A stretch of DNA of 64,000 nt from contig JANNBC010000007.1 of NCBI GenBank assembly GCA_031385045.1, positions 32,001-96,000 on the forward strand, in the 5' to 3' direction. The DNA comes from a bacterium. GTDB lineage: Bacteria; Bdellovibrionota_C; UBA2361; CALJRW01. Positions 11,070 to 20,884 of this stretch are shown here, piece after piece. The notes below the pieces were generated by a model. The model was given only the letters and a program-made list of their open reading frames with translations. It made no database searches and had not been told where the DNA came from. A program made the position numbers and the translations under genes. The first letter of the stretch is position 1. The number at the start of each line of letters is the position of its first letter.

Positions 11070-11822
11070 GTGCGCCTAAAATTTCCCCTTTTATTATTAA
11101 GCTTTGGACTAGTTCTTGTTAGTTGCACATCACTTAAAGCAAAGCCAGAAAAAAATTCTGGCTTTCTACCAAAGCCAGAGCTACTGACGGAGAACCGAGC
11201 TCGTGCTCCTTTCCATGCCTATTGGGTTTTTAATAACCAGGAGTATGATCTTCTAAAAGATCAAACCAAAAAAGTTTACATTGCACCAATTGATACTACC
11301 TATGCGCAGAAGAAGATCTCAAAAGCCTCTGGCAGTGAGGAGACAAAAGTTGATCGAATCGAAGAAACAACCGAACTTGCCAACTACTTTCATGAAATTC
11401 TAAAAATTAACTTTAGCAAGAAAGGACAAGGCAAAATTGAAATCGTAGATGCACCAACCGAAGACTCATTAAATATCCAACTTGCCTTAGTAAGTATAAT
11501 TCCAACTAATCCAGGAATTAATTTTGCAGGAACGGTCGTAGGCTTCATCTTGCCTGGTGGTGGCTTAATCAGCCGCTTTGGTGACGGGAGCATTGCTTTT
11601 GAAGGTTTTACCAACAAAGTGCCCGATCAAGGATTAATTTTAGAAGAGTTTAAAGATCGTGAAAGCCAAAAAGCTTCCGCCTTTACTTTAAAAGACTACC
11701 AAAGATATGCCCACCTCAGAATGATCCTTGAGGAATGGACCAAACAAATTGTGGAGTTATACTTTAGCAAAGGTAACCATCAGGTCTCAGACTCCTTACC
11801 AGTCTCTATTGATCCACTATAA
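11070..11822 (+). CDS. Lipoprotein, DUF3313-like
   Basis: Lipobox LVSC followed by NSGFL; overall pattern of DUF3313 lipoproteins. Confidence 0.6.
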   Translation: MRLKFPLLLLSFGLVLVSCTSLKAKPEKNSGFLPKPELLTENRARAPFHAYWVFNNQEYDLLKDQTKKVYIAPIDTTYAQKKISKASGSEETKVDRIEETTELANYFHEILKINFSKKGQGKIEIVDAPTEDSLNIQLALVSIIPTNPGINFAGTVVGFILPGGGLISRFGDGSIAFEGFTNKVPDQGLILEEFKDRESQKASAFTLKDYQRYAHLRMILEEWTKQIVELYFSKGNHQVSDSLPVSIDPL

Positions 11823-11854
11823 GAGCTTAAAGTTTAAGCATCGAGAAACATTTG

Positions 11855-14800
11855 TCAAACTAGAGAATAAGCTTTTAAAGCCTTTAACTGCTTTCTGACT
11901 AGAATTAAATTAGCCTTGCTTGGCTCCCTACTAAACTCTAGAAGTGCCGATTTTAATTGCCTTCGCAGTTTCTTCCCTGATTTCAAATCAAGTTTTGGAA
12001 TCAGTGTTACTTTAGAAATTGCTTCTGCTAAAACTAATCGCACACTTTGCTTAAAAGCTTTAATTGCTGTTTTTAATCGAGTAATTTGTTTAGGTGTATT
12101 TTGCTGATCAAATTTAATCTTACGAGAAGCAATTTGAGCATCTTCAATAAAGGCATCAAAATCAGCCTCTAATAAACAATCTACCACACCATTCAAGTTC
12201 AGATCTTGCTCAATCACATCGCAACCACAAACATTTGGCTCTTTCTTAGCAAGATCATCTGGGCACTGATCAAAGACAATCCTCCATAATTCTTGACCAA
12301 TTCGATGACTTTCCACACTAAAATAAAGGGCACCATTCTCTGCAAAAAATAACTCTGGTGAACTACTCCCCGCTCCAAGAAAGACATCACTAACAATCTG
12401 AGTACCAGCTTCTGTTCCATCAGTTGCCCATAATTCCATCCCGGCATCAGCAGTTGATGCTGAGAAATAAATCTTATTCCCAGCAAGTAGTAACTGCTCT
12501 GGAGAACTACTACCCGTACCGGAAAGAATATCTTTAACCATTTCTGTTGTTCCAGCTGTCCCAAGAGTTTTGTATAGCTCTACCCCAGTTGCATTTGTCA
12601 TTCCAGAAAAAAATAACTGATCATTTAATACTGCTAATGGAATATCAAAAGCCAGCCCATCATCACTACCCGTAGCTAAATCAATGACCAGCTCCGTTCC
12701 AAGATCTGTTCCATCTGTTTTCCATAATTCTCGACCTTCCCAATCAGTTGTTGCGATGAAATAAGTGAGACCTTGATATTCTGTAAAATTAAGTGGCAAT
12801 GACCCATTTCCACCACTACGAATATCTTTCACTAAGATAGTCCCGACAGTTGTTCCGTCTGTTACCCATAGCTCTGCACCAGTAGATCCATCTTTAGCTT
12901 GAAAATAGATCTGGCTTCCACTAGTTTTCAAATAATCAGGAAAGCTACCGACGGATCCTACCTGAATATCTTTTAGGAGATTAGTGCCCACGGCTGTTCC
13001 ATCAGTCACCCATAACTCTTTGCCCTCACTACTAGTTGTGGCATCAAAAACAACCTGATTGCCAAGTACTGCGAAAGAAGACAAAGGATCACTATTGCTA
13101 GCTCCACTATTAATATCCTTTAAAAGTACTGTCCCATCAATAGTTCCATCACTCTTCCATAACTCCAAACCATTTGTTGCGTTGCGCGCACGAAAAATAA
13201 CATTATCTCCCAAGACAACACCTTTAGAAACTTCGCCTGAATCACTTCCTGAATAAATATCTTTTAACAAAACAGTTCCTGCAGGTGTCCCATCAGTAAT
13301 CCATAATTCCCTACCAATAACGCCATCATTAGCAGAGAAAAGAACCCGATCCCCTAGACGACCCACAACAATGGCATTGCTATCATCTCGACTTGGATAA
13401 ATATCCTTAAGTAAGGTGATTTCCTTTGTACTTAGATTAACAACGAATGGTTCCGCTCCGTATCTTACTGTGGAGGCGACAACAAAAAGTAAATTACTGG
13501 TAATCAATGAGACTTCACTTGGCGCAGATCCTAAATCAGCTCCAAAATTTAAATCCACCGCGGGAACAGTACCTGTCTCCGTCCCATCAGTTGTGTATAA
13601 CGCCACAGTGGTGGGGGTATTAGCAATCAGAAAAGAATTTACTTGAAGCTCGTCATGATAAATTGCTGGATTAGAATCTTCTTCTCCTGGCCAAATATCT
13701 TTTAAAATCTTTGTTCCAAGTATTGTGCCATCTGTCACCCAAGTTTCCACGCCACTTGCATCTGTAAAGAGACTAAAGATTGCCTTATTTTTCTCTGGAT
13801 AGACAGGAGTTAAATCAGAGAGCAGAGACCCTCCAACTCCCGGAGTTAAATCTTTTACTAATGAAACCTCTCCACCTGTAATTCGCCAAAGTTCATTGCC
13901 GGTATCTAAACTGCTAGCAAAAAACAACAGATCGTTGTTAATAACTTGAAAATCAGAAAAAGAGCCCACTGTATCGCTTGGATTTAAGTCCTCAACAATC
14001 ACTGTTCCAACATCAGTCCCATCAGTTCTCCAAAGACTTATTCCCACATTGGCACCAGAAGCATTTGCTGAAAAATAAACCTGATTATTAAAGAAGATCA
14101 AATTATCTGGCTCTGAAGAATCAACTCCGACATTAAGATCCTTTAATAAACTTGTTCCAACTTCTGTCCCATCTGAAATAAATAATTCAGCTCCCAATGA
14201 TGAATCAGTTGCGGCAAAGACAAATTGTGTGTTGTTTAGTTTCTCAAAGTTACCTGGATAAGTAATGCCACTTTTCAAAACAGTAGGCACAAAACCATCT
14301 GTAAATTCACAAAGGGCATTCGTACCACCTGCAACAGAACATCGAAACACAAGCTGACCTTCTTGATGCAAGAAAAAATCTCCTGGGCTAGAGCCTAGGC
14401 CGACCGAATCATAAATATCATAGACAACTGTTCCCACATTAGTTCCATTACTAACGTAAAGTTCAGCACCTAGCTCAGGTGTACTTGCCGAAAAAGCTAC
14501 TTTGGTACCATTTTGAAAAGCAATAAACTCCCCAAAGGATGTGCTAGCAGATCCAGAATTAATATCTTTAACTAATAGTGTTCCCTCTGCAGTCCCATCT
14601 GTTCTCCATAATTCCGTACCAAGGTCTTGATTAGTAGCAACAAAAAACAACTGCGCTCCAGCAATAATAAATTTTGTTGGACTAGAACCTTCCGTTCCGA
14701 GCTGAATATCCCGTAATAAACTTATCTCGCCCGTATCCCCATCAACCTTTACCAACTCTCGGCCTCGGTCTTGATAATAAGCACTTAGGAAAAAATCTGC

Positions 14801-14962
14801 TTTTTGTTCCTCTGTTTTAAAAGCTGGCTTCCAGATTATCGCTGCTGAGACACTATTTGGATAAAAATTAAGATTAGAAAGCAACTCTGCTTGATCCAAA
14901 GCAAAACAATTATTAGCAAATAATGATAAGATTATTAGTGGAAGAATTAAAAGTTTACGCAT
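11855..14962 (-). CDS. Secreted ELWxxDGT-repeat (beta-propeller) protein
   Basis: Signal peptide; more than a dozen G.ELW.TDGT..GT...KDI repeats; TSP3-like DQCPDD...CGC motif, then a basic helical tail. Confidence 0.9.
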   Translation of the reverse strand: MRKLLILPLIILSLFANNCFALDQAELLSNLNFYPNSVSAAIIWKPAFKTEEQKADFFLSAYYQDRGRELVKVDGDTGEISLLRDIQLGTEGSSPTKFIIAGAQLFFVATNQDLGTELWRTDGTAEGTLLVKDINSGSASTSFGEFIAFQNGTKVAFSASTPELGAELYVSNGTNVGTVVYDIYDSVGLGSSPGDFFLHQEGQLVFRCSVAGGTNALCEFTDGFVPTVLKSGITYPGNFEKLNNTQFVFAATDSSLGAELFISDGTEVGTSLLKDLNVGVDSSEPDNLIFFNNQVYFSANASGANVGISLWRTDGTDVGTVIVEDLNPSDTVGSFSDFQVINNDLLFFASSLDTGNELWRITGGEVSLVKDLTPGVGGSLLSDLTPVYPEKNKAIFSLFTDASGVETWVTDGTILGTKILKDIWPGEEDSNPAIYHDELQVNSFLIANTPTTVALYTTDGTETGTVPAVDLNFGADLGSAPSEVSLITSNLLFVVASTVRYGAEPFVVNLSTKEITLLKDIYPSRDDSNAIVVGRLGDRVLFSANDGVIGRELWITDGTPAGTVLLKDIYSGSDSGEVSKGVVLGDNVIFRARNATNGLELWKSDGTIDGTVLLKDINSGASNSDPLSSFAVLGNQVVFDATTSSEGKELWVTDGTAVGTNLLKDIQVGSVGSFPDYLKTSGSQIYFQAKDGSTGAELWVTDGTTVGTILVKDIRSGGNGSLPLNFTEYQGLTYFIATTDWEGRELWKTDGTDLGTELVIDLATGSDDGLAFDIPLAVLNDQLFFSGMTNATGVELYKTLGTAGTTEMVKDILSGTGSSSPEQLLLAGNKIYFSASTADAGMELWATDGTEAGTQIVSDVFLGAGSSSPELFFAENGALYFSVESHRIGQELWRIVFDQCPDDLAKKEPNVCGCDVIEQDLNLNGVVDCLLEADFDAFIEDAQIASRKIKFDQQNTPKQITRLKTAIKAFKQSVRLVLAEAISKVTLIPKLDLKSGKKLRRQLKSALLEFSREPSKANLILVRKQLKALKAYSLV

Positions 14963-14989
14963 TAGGATATAAATTTAAAGAGTCAGGCG

Positions 14990-15242
14990 ATAGTAATGAC
15001 AGAAAGTAATTTCCGATAGGAAATTATAAATTTAAGATCATTACTATATTGCGACCAGCGGGTTTAACCTCCGAAGCTTGAAAGGCGAAGGAGGTAGCCC
15101 AGAGACAAATATAGTAAAACCTATAAACTCTGTTAAACCGAAGGTTTATCAACCCAGCTTATAATTTCTAACTTACACTTGTCATTTTCCTTTAGAGTGA
15201 AGGCAAGTACGTTACGGAAAATATTTTCTGGTTTTACTATAT
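14990..15242. repeat. Dispersed intergenic palindromic repeat, copy B (two hairpin modules plus inserted GC-rich palindrome)
   Basis: ATAGTAATGA/TCATTACTAT arms around TAATTTCC-gata-GGAAATTA; 13-bp inverted repeat 15109-15121/15230-15242; matches copy A in reverse. Confidence 0.8.
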
Positions 15243-15391
15243 CATTTCTCATTTCACTTAAATTTTCAATACAAATTAGTCCTGAGAAGCACCAATTAGG
15301 CCTGAGATATTCAACATTATTCTATCAAACTTTATCTTAATCTGAACTTTTGCTATAAGTTTCCCCTAATTATAGAATTATTAAGGACATA

Positions 15392-15697
15392 ATGGAGTTT
15401 CAGAAACTAATTGCCTGTGATCAAGTAACCGAAGATAAGGCATCAAAAGTAGTCATCAATAAACGTGAAATTGGCGTCACTGTATTTGAAGGCGAATACT
15501 ATGCTTTTGACGATCTTTGTACTCATGCTGATGCTAACTTATCTGATGGCTGTGTTGTGAATGGAGAAGTAGAATGCCCGCTGCATTTTGCTCGTTTCTG
15601 TGTAAAAACAGGCGTTGTTACCGAACCACCGGCATTTGATGATTTAAAAACTTATAAAACAAAAGTTGAAGATGGATTTGTCTGGATCTTAATCTAA
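15392..15697 (+). CDS. Rieske-type [2Fe-2S] ferredoxin
   Basis: CTH...CPLH ligands, 101 aa. Confidence 0.92.
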   Translation: MEFQKLIACDQVTEDKASKVVINKREIGVTVFEGEYYAFDDLCTHADANLSDGCVVNGEVECPLHFARFCVKTGVVTEPPAFDDLKTYKTKVEDGFVWILI

Positions 15698-15740
15698 GCA
15701 CTCTGATAAATTAAGAGCTATCTGATTTACTCAATGCTGG

Positions 15741-16760
15741 CTAAAGTAGCAGGTCTTGATTAGCAATCAGATCCGCGACTTTCTTCTGCCCAAGCAAAAA
15801 CATTCCTAAGCGAAACTCGGCTTGTAGCTCTTCAATTTTAGCAATCACTGCCTCTGGAGAATTCGAAGCAAGGCTCAGGAATGGATTGGCAATTGCACCA
15901 ACCTGCGCTCCAAGCACCAAGGATTTTAATAAATCAATTCCCGAACGAAGGCCACCTGAGGCAATCAACTGTAAACCTAACTTGGCGTTAATAATCTGCT
16001 TAATTGCAACCGGAGTAGGAATGCCCCAATCTTGAAAGGTAATCCCTAAGTTATTTTCAGGATTAATTTTTCTTAAGTGTTCAATTCGACTCCAAGAAGT
16101 ACCACCACTACCAGCGATATCTAAATACTTAACCCCCACTTTTTGAAGAATTTTTGCATCAGCTACAGACACTCCGGATCCAACTTCTTTAATTACAACT
16201 GGAACTTTTAGCTTTGCGCACAAATCTTGAATCTTAGCTGATAAATTTGCAAAATTCGTATTTCCCTCAGACTGAATAGCTTCCTGTAAAGGATTTAGAT
16301 GTAAATAAATGGCATCTGCCCCTAGAAGATTAATGGCGTCTTGGCAATGCTGTGCAGAAAAATCATAATTTAACTGAACTGCGCCGATATTAGCAAATAA
16401 TAAAGTTGTTGGTGCAAAAGATCTTAATTCAAAACTTTTTCTAGCCGACGTATTATCAAAAATAATTCTTTGCGAACCAACTCCTAAACCAACTTGGCAA
16501 TGTTCAGCAGCTAGAGCTAGATTCTTATTGATCTTTTGTAGTTCCTCACTAGCACCGCCAGTCATCGAACTAATAATTAATGGGAAGGATAATTTTTTAC
16601 CAAGGAAAAAACAGGAGGAATCAACATCGGCCAAATTAATTTCAGGGAGTGCCCGATGAATTAATTGAATCTGATCAAAATAATTAGATTTTCGATCTAC
16701 TTCTAAATCATCACTAACGATTTTAATATGATCTAATTTACGTTGGTTTATTTCGCTCAT
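15741..16760 (-). CDS. fni: Type 2 (FMN-dependent) isopentenyl-diphosphate isomerase
   Basis: RKLDHI, SSMTGG, GVGSQR, HLNPLQE, KEVGSG, GGTSW, ASGG. Confidence 0.95.
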   Translation of the reverse strand: MSEINQRKLDHIKIVSDDLEVDRKSNYFDQIQLIHRALPEINLADVDSSCFFLGKKLSFPLIISSMTGGASEELQKINKNLALAAEHCQVGLGVGSQRIIFDNTSARKSFELRSFAPTTLLFANIGAVQLNYDFSAQHCQDAINLLGADAIYLHLNPLQEAIQSEGNTNFANLSAKIQDLCAKLKVPVVIKEVGSGVSVADAKILQKVGVKYLDIAGSGGTSWSRIEHLRKINPENNLGITFQDWGIPTPVAIKQIINAKLGLQLIASGGLRSGIDLLKSLVLGAQVGAIANPFLSLASNSPEAVIAKIEELQAEFRLGMFLLGQKKVADLIANQDLLL

Positions 16761-17812
16761 CTTTCCAACATCAAATGCGACTTCATTAGCTCGCCTGGAT
16801 TTGCAATTGCCCCAAGCAATGATAATTCACCACAAAGAACTGCTCCAGCAATAATACCAGCAAGCCGCTTAGAGTTTTCTCCGTTAGAATTTGCTTGCAA
16901 ACACCCCATTTTTTCTAAATTTTTCTGAACAAAATCTAGACCTTTGCCATTCCCCACTGTTCCCACAATAATATTAGGAATCTTAACGGAAAATAATAAT
17001 TGCTCAGCTTGTACTTCGGCAAAGGTAATACCCTGCGAGCCCTCCACAATATTAGCAGCATCTTGGCCTGTTGCTAAATAAGCAGCCAACAAAATATTTG
17101 CATAGTGGGCATTGGCACTACGAATACTACCGGCAAGAATACTACCCAATAAATTCTTCTTAGTATTTAATTCGCAAATCGCTTCAGGGGTAGCCCTTAA
17201 ATATTTTTCACAAATTTTTCTACTAACTAAAATCTCAGCTAAGCAACTACGCCCCCTACCAAGAATTCCATTAACTGCTGAAACTTTTTTATCAGCACAA
17301 TAATTTGCTGAAATTGTTAAATATTTTAAGTCACTAAACTTTGCTAATAGATAATTAATAATTGCTTCTGCTGATTTTGTAGTCATGTTATGTCCAGAGG
17401 CATCCGCCGAATTGATTGCCACGCGAACATAGATAATCTTACTAATTATTTCAGTATCGATTCTTAGCAATTTAGCGTAGCGACTTTCAGCCGCAACAAC
17501 TTTTGCAAAATCAGCAAAACTATTATTAATAATTGCTTGTAAAATTGCTGCTCGTTCCAGACTAACTGCTTCCACCGCAAAGGAACGTGTCATTGATTCT
17601 TGTTCAACAATAACCATGACACCACCAGATTGATTAGCAACTCGCATCCCTCGTTCGACTGATGGCCAAAGTGGCGTTTCAAAAGTTGCTAGCGGAATGG
17701 AAACAGAGTCTTGTAGTACCGGTCCCCTAAACTGCAATGGCCCTACCCATTTCATCGGAACAGAGATAGTAGCTTCAGTCGAAACCAAACGATTTTTAAG
17801 AGTTTTAGTCAT
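16757..17812 (-). CDS. HMG-CoA reductase (short, Streptomyces-like class I type)
   Basis: PLATFETPLWPSV, DASGHNM, NYCADKK, GQDAANIVEGS, VGTVG, C-terminal His. Confidence 0.9.
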   Translation of the reverse strand: MTKTLKNRLVSTEATISVPMKWVGPLQFRGPVLQDSVSIPLATFETPLWPSVERGMRVANQSGGVMVIVEQESMTRSFAVEAVSLERAAILQAIINNSFADFAKVVAAESRYAKLLRIDTEIISKIIYVRVAINSADASGHNMTTKSAEAIINYLLAKFSDLKYLTISANYCADKKVSAVNGILGRGRSCLAEILVSRKICEKYLRATPEAICELNTKKNLLGSILAGSIRSANAHYANILLAAYLATGQDAANIVEGSQGITFAEVQAEQLLFSVKIPNIIVGTVGNGKGLDFVQKNLEKMGCLQANSNGENSKRLAGIIAGAVLCGELSLLGAIANPGELMKSHLMLER

Positions 17813-19848
17813 TAGCTCACAATCTCTAATTGATGTTGTTCCTTTAAGGTGATTAATAATTTAGCGATCACCTGATCAACTTCTTCATTACTTAAAGTCC
17901 GTGATGCTTCCTGGAATAAAAAGCGGTAGGAGATTCTTGTAAAATGTTCTTCAGGCTTGTCAAAAGAATCAACAATTACAGCAGACTTTAAATACTGAGG
18001 CTGCGCTTCGTGAATTACCTGCAATACTCGAGAAGCAGCAACTCGGCGGGGAACTTTAAAAGTTAAATCCCATTTAATTGCTGGATAATCAATAATCTGG
18101 AACTGAGAGTTAAGCTTTCTAAGCTGATAACATTCATCCAAAAAGACTTCAGCAAAGATCATTTCTTCTTTAAAACCTAGGCGATCTTTCAGTAACGGAT
18201 GAATACTCCCAAAAACTGCTAAAGTCTGCTGATTAGCAACTATTTGTGACTGCCGCCCAGGATGTAGCAAAGGATGTGACGAAGGTAGGATTTCAAAATT
18301 AATTTTTAACTTAGCAAATAGACTTTGAAGTAAGCCACTTACGTTACCAAGATTCTCTACTAACCCCGTAGGTTTTTTCCAACTATTATCATACCAGCGA
18401 CCAGCAAATGCTAGGGTTAAGAAATCTTTTTCCAATTGATAAGGCGTCTTTGGGAATCCCTGATTATTAAAAATTCTTCCAAACTCGTAAATCTTCACAC
18501 TCGGCAAATTAAATCTTAAATTACGATTGATAACTTTTGCGAGATGAATAATATTGGTCAGTTTTAAATTAGAATAGGCTCCCTCTAAGGAATTAATAAT
18601 TTTCAAATGCTGACTAGCAAGAGTATTATCAAGTTCGGCAATTAGATCCACCTCTTCATTAGAATAGTAAGAGCGGGTAACAACTTCAGTAAACCCTTGG
18701 GAAGTTAAGATTGGCTCAAATGCTTCAATTAAATATTCACTTGGATGATCGCTAACATCAGACATAACAGTTGTTGGGATGATTGCCTCAATTGAGTTAA
18801 ATCCAACTGTCCGACAATAATCTTCAATAATACTAGCTTCTGATTTCACATTCCAATACCGATGACTCGGGACTAAGCAACTAATTTTTTCGCCCTTAAG
18901 TTTCACCTGATAGCCAAGAGCTGATAGCTTCTCTTGAATGGTATCAAGCTCTAAAGTTGGTTGATTTAAATGCCAGCGAAATCGGGATAGCTCAATTTCT
19001 ATAGTTAATAGTGCTGGAAGATTTTTAAGAGAGCTAAAAGCTAGGGCATTTGCATTCACAGCTAATTTAGCAATTCGACTTAAAGCTAAATCTGGTAAAT
19101 GAATATCTGCTCCACGTTCAAATAAATAAGAAGCATCCGTTGATAATCCCATTGCTCGCGCAGTTTTTCTTACATGCGTTGGACAAAATACTGCCGATTC
19201 GATCAAAACGCTTTTAGTCTCCGCCGTCACCATGGAATTAGCGCAACCGATTACTCCAGCAACCGCCACAGTTTTCTTACTATCTTTAATTAATAATGAA
19301 CTTGTGGGAACTAAGTATTTTTTTAGATCAAGTGCAATAATTTCTTCTTCTTCAGAACTTAGAACTACTCTTAACTCCCCTTCTATTTTACTTGTATCAA
19401 AGGCATGAGTTGGTTGACCCAACTCCGTCAGAACATAATTAGATAATTTAACAATTGCCTGTTGCTCACTTTCAACATCCAGATATTTCTGGATTGAAGA
19501 ATCAAGTTGTAAAGTTTGGGGAAGATCCATCGCTAGCAAAGAGTATGTGTAACAGTACTCAGTCGCAATCTTTATTGGAATATTAGTTGCAACACTAGGC
19601 AAAGCGCTAATTAGTGCTGGGTAGCTAATTGGCTTTAAATATCTGCCGGCAAACTCTCGAGCAATGCCCAGTGCCGAAAGATGATCTCCTCGATTAGCTA
19701 AAGTTTCAATATTAAAAATGACCTTACCAAAACCATCTTCAATTCCTTCGACTTCCAATCCTAAATCATCAAAGACATGTCGCAATTCACTAACTGGAAT
19801 TTCAGGGACTGCAACAATTGATTTTAAGAGCGCTAAATCTAACTTCAT
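17812..19848 (-). CDS. pheT: Phenylalanyl-tRNA synthetase beta subunit, short and divergent (no B2 OB domain)
   Basis: NRGD..GIARE, ELGQPTHAFD, FERG, LHPGR, C-terminal FDX-ACB domain (YPAIKWDL...RTL); follows pheS. Confidence 0.88.
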   Translation of the reverse strand: MKLDLALLKSIVAVPEIPVSELRHVFDDLGLEVEGIEDGFGKVIFNIETLANRGDHLSALGIAREFAGRYLKPISYPALISALPSVATNIPIKIATEYCYTYSLLAMDLPQTLQLDSSIQKYLDVESEQQAIVKLSNYVLTELGQPTHAFDTSKIEGELRVVLSSEEEEIIALDLKKYLVPTSSLLIKDSKKTVAVAGVIGCANSMVTAETKSVLIESAVFCPTHVRKTARAMGLSTDASYLFERGADIHLPDLALSRIAKLAVNANALAFSSLKNLPALLTIEIELSRFRWHLNQPTLELDTIQEKLSALGYQVKLKGEKISCLVPSHRYWNVKSEASIIEDYCRTVGFNSIEAIIPTTVMSDVSDHPSEYLIEAFEPILTSQGFTEVVTRSYYSNEEVDLIAELDNTLASQHLKIINSLEGAYSNLKLTNIIHLAKVINRNLRFNLPSVKIYEFGRIFNNQGFPKTPYQLEKDFLTLAFAGRWYDNSWKKPTGLVENLGNVSGLLQSLFAKLKINFEILPSSHPLLHPGRQSQIVANQQTLAVFGSIHPLLKDRLGFKEEMIFAEVFLDECYQLRKLNSQFQIIDYPAIKWDLTFKVPRRVAASRVLQVIHEAQPQYLKSAVIVDSFDKPEEHFTRISYRFLFQEASRTLSNEEVDQVIAKLLITLKEQHQLEIVS

Positions 19849-20870
19849 TATAAAGCTCCTAAGTAACGTAAATCAGCATCGTAAAGAGTTTTTAAGTTTG
19901 GAGCATTAAAAAACTGTCCGGCCAAACGCGAAGTTCCAAAACCAAAAGCAATGCCGCCAACTTTTTCAGGATCAAAACCAAATTCAGTAATCACATTGCG
20001 ATGAACAACACCCGACCCTGCTACAGTTACCCAGCCTGCTCCATCACAAACTGGACAACCCCGACCTTGACATAGGGCACAATCAATCTGTGCGCCAAGG
20101 CTTGGTTCGGTATAGGGATAAAACTTAGGAACAAAACGCACCTTACGGTCTTGGCCATAGACACCTTTAAGAATTGCAATCATCAAACCCATTAAATGAC
20201 TTAGCCCAATCCCTTCTTCAATCCAAACAAGATCATATTGATGAAACATAGCTTGATGCGAAGCATCTTCGGTCTCATTCCGATAAACTCGGCCAGCATA
20301 AATACTCTTGAGCGGTAGTTCTTTCTTCTCTAATTCTCGAGAAAGAATTGCTGTAGTATGAGTCCTTAAGACATGTCCCGATTCAGTGAAAAAAGTATCC
20401 TGCAGATCTCGCGCCGGATGATGTTTCGGAATATTTAAAGCATCGAAGCAATAATACTCGGTCTCCACCTCTGGGCCTTCCACAAAACTAAACCCAAATT
20501 TTTTAAGAATTTTTGTGATTTTTCTTTCCACCAACCTAACAGGGTGGACATTTCCAAGACCTAAATAATTAGCTGGTAAAGAAAGATCCAAGTATTCTTC
20601 CGCTAACTTCTTGGTTCTTTGCTCCGTCGCTAAAACTTCTTGGGTAAGCCGAACAAACTCTTCAGCTTGATCTCTTAAAGAGTTAATTTCTTGTGCAAAA
20701 GCTGGCTTATCAGGCCCCGGGACATCTTTGAGCTTGGAAAATAATTTCTTTAAAATACCTTCTTTGCCTAACCAAGCGATACGAAAGGTATTTAACTGCT
20801 GATCATCTTTAACAGATGCCTGCTCCGATAGAAATTGCTTTCTAATATCAATTATATTTTCCAAGCTCAT
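19848..20870 (-). CDS. pheS: Phenylalanyl-tRNA synthetase alpha subunit, divergent
   Basis: FDALNIPKHHPARDLQDTF, LRTHT, GRVYR, FHQ, PYTEPS, CxxC-CxxC, AFG. Confidence 0.9.
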   Translation of the reverse strand: MSLENIIDIRKQFLSEQASVKDDQQLNTFRIAWLGKEGILKKLFSKLKDVPGPDKPAFAQEINSLRDQAEEFVRLTQEVLATEQRTKKLAEEYLDLSLPANYLGLGNVHPVRLVERKITKILKKFGFSFVEGPEVETEYYCFDALNIPKHHPARDLQDTFFTESGHVLRTHTTAILSRELEKKELPLKSIYAGRVYRNETEDASHQAMFHQYDLVWIEEGIGLSHLMGLMIAILKGVYGQDRKVRFVPKFYPYTEPSLGAQIDCALCQGRGCPVCDGAGWVTVAGSGVVHRNVITEFGFDPEKVGGIAFGFGTSRLAGQFFNAPNLKTLYDADLRYLGAL

Positions 20871-20884
20871 TTTTAGAACTTTAA

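Noticed and set aside
11855..14962. Repeated DNA words (e.g. CCATCAGT...CCATAA) suggesting a nucleotide repeat array
   Set aside because: Fully explained by the ELWxxDGT protein repeats
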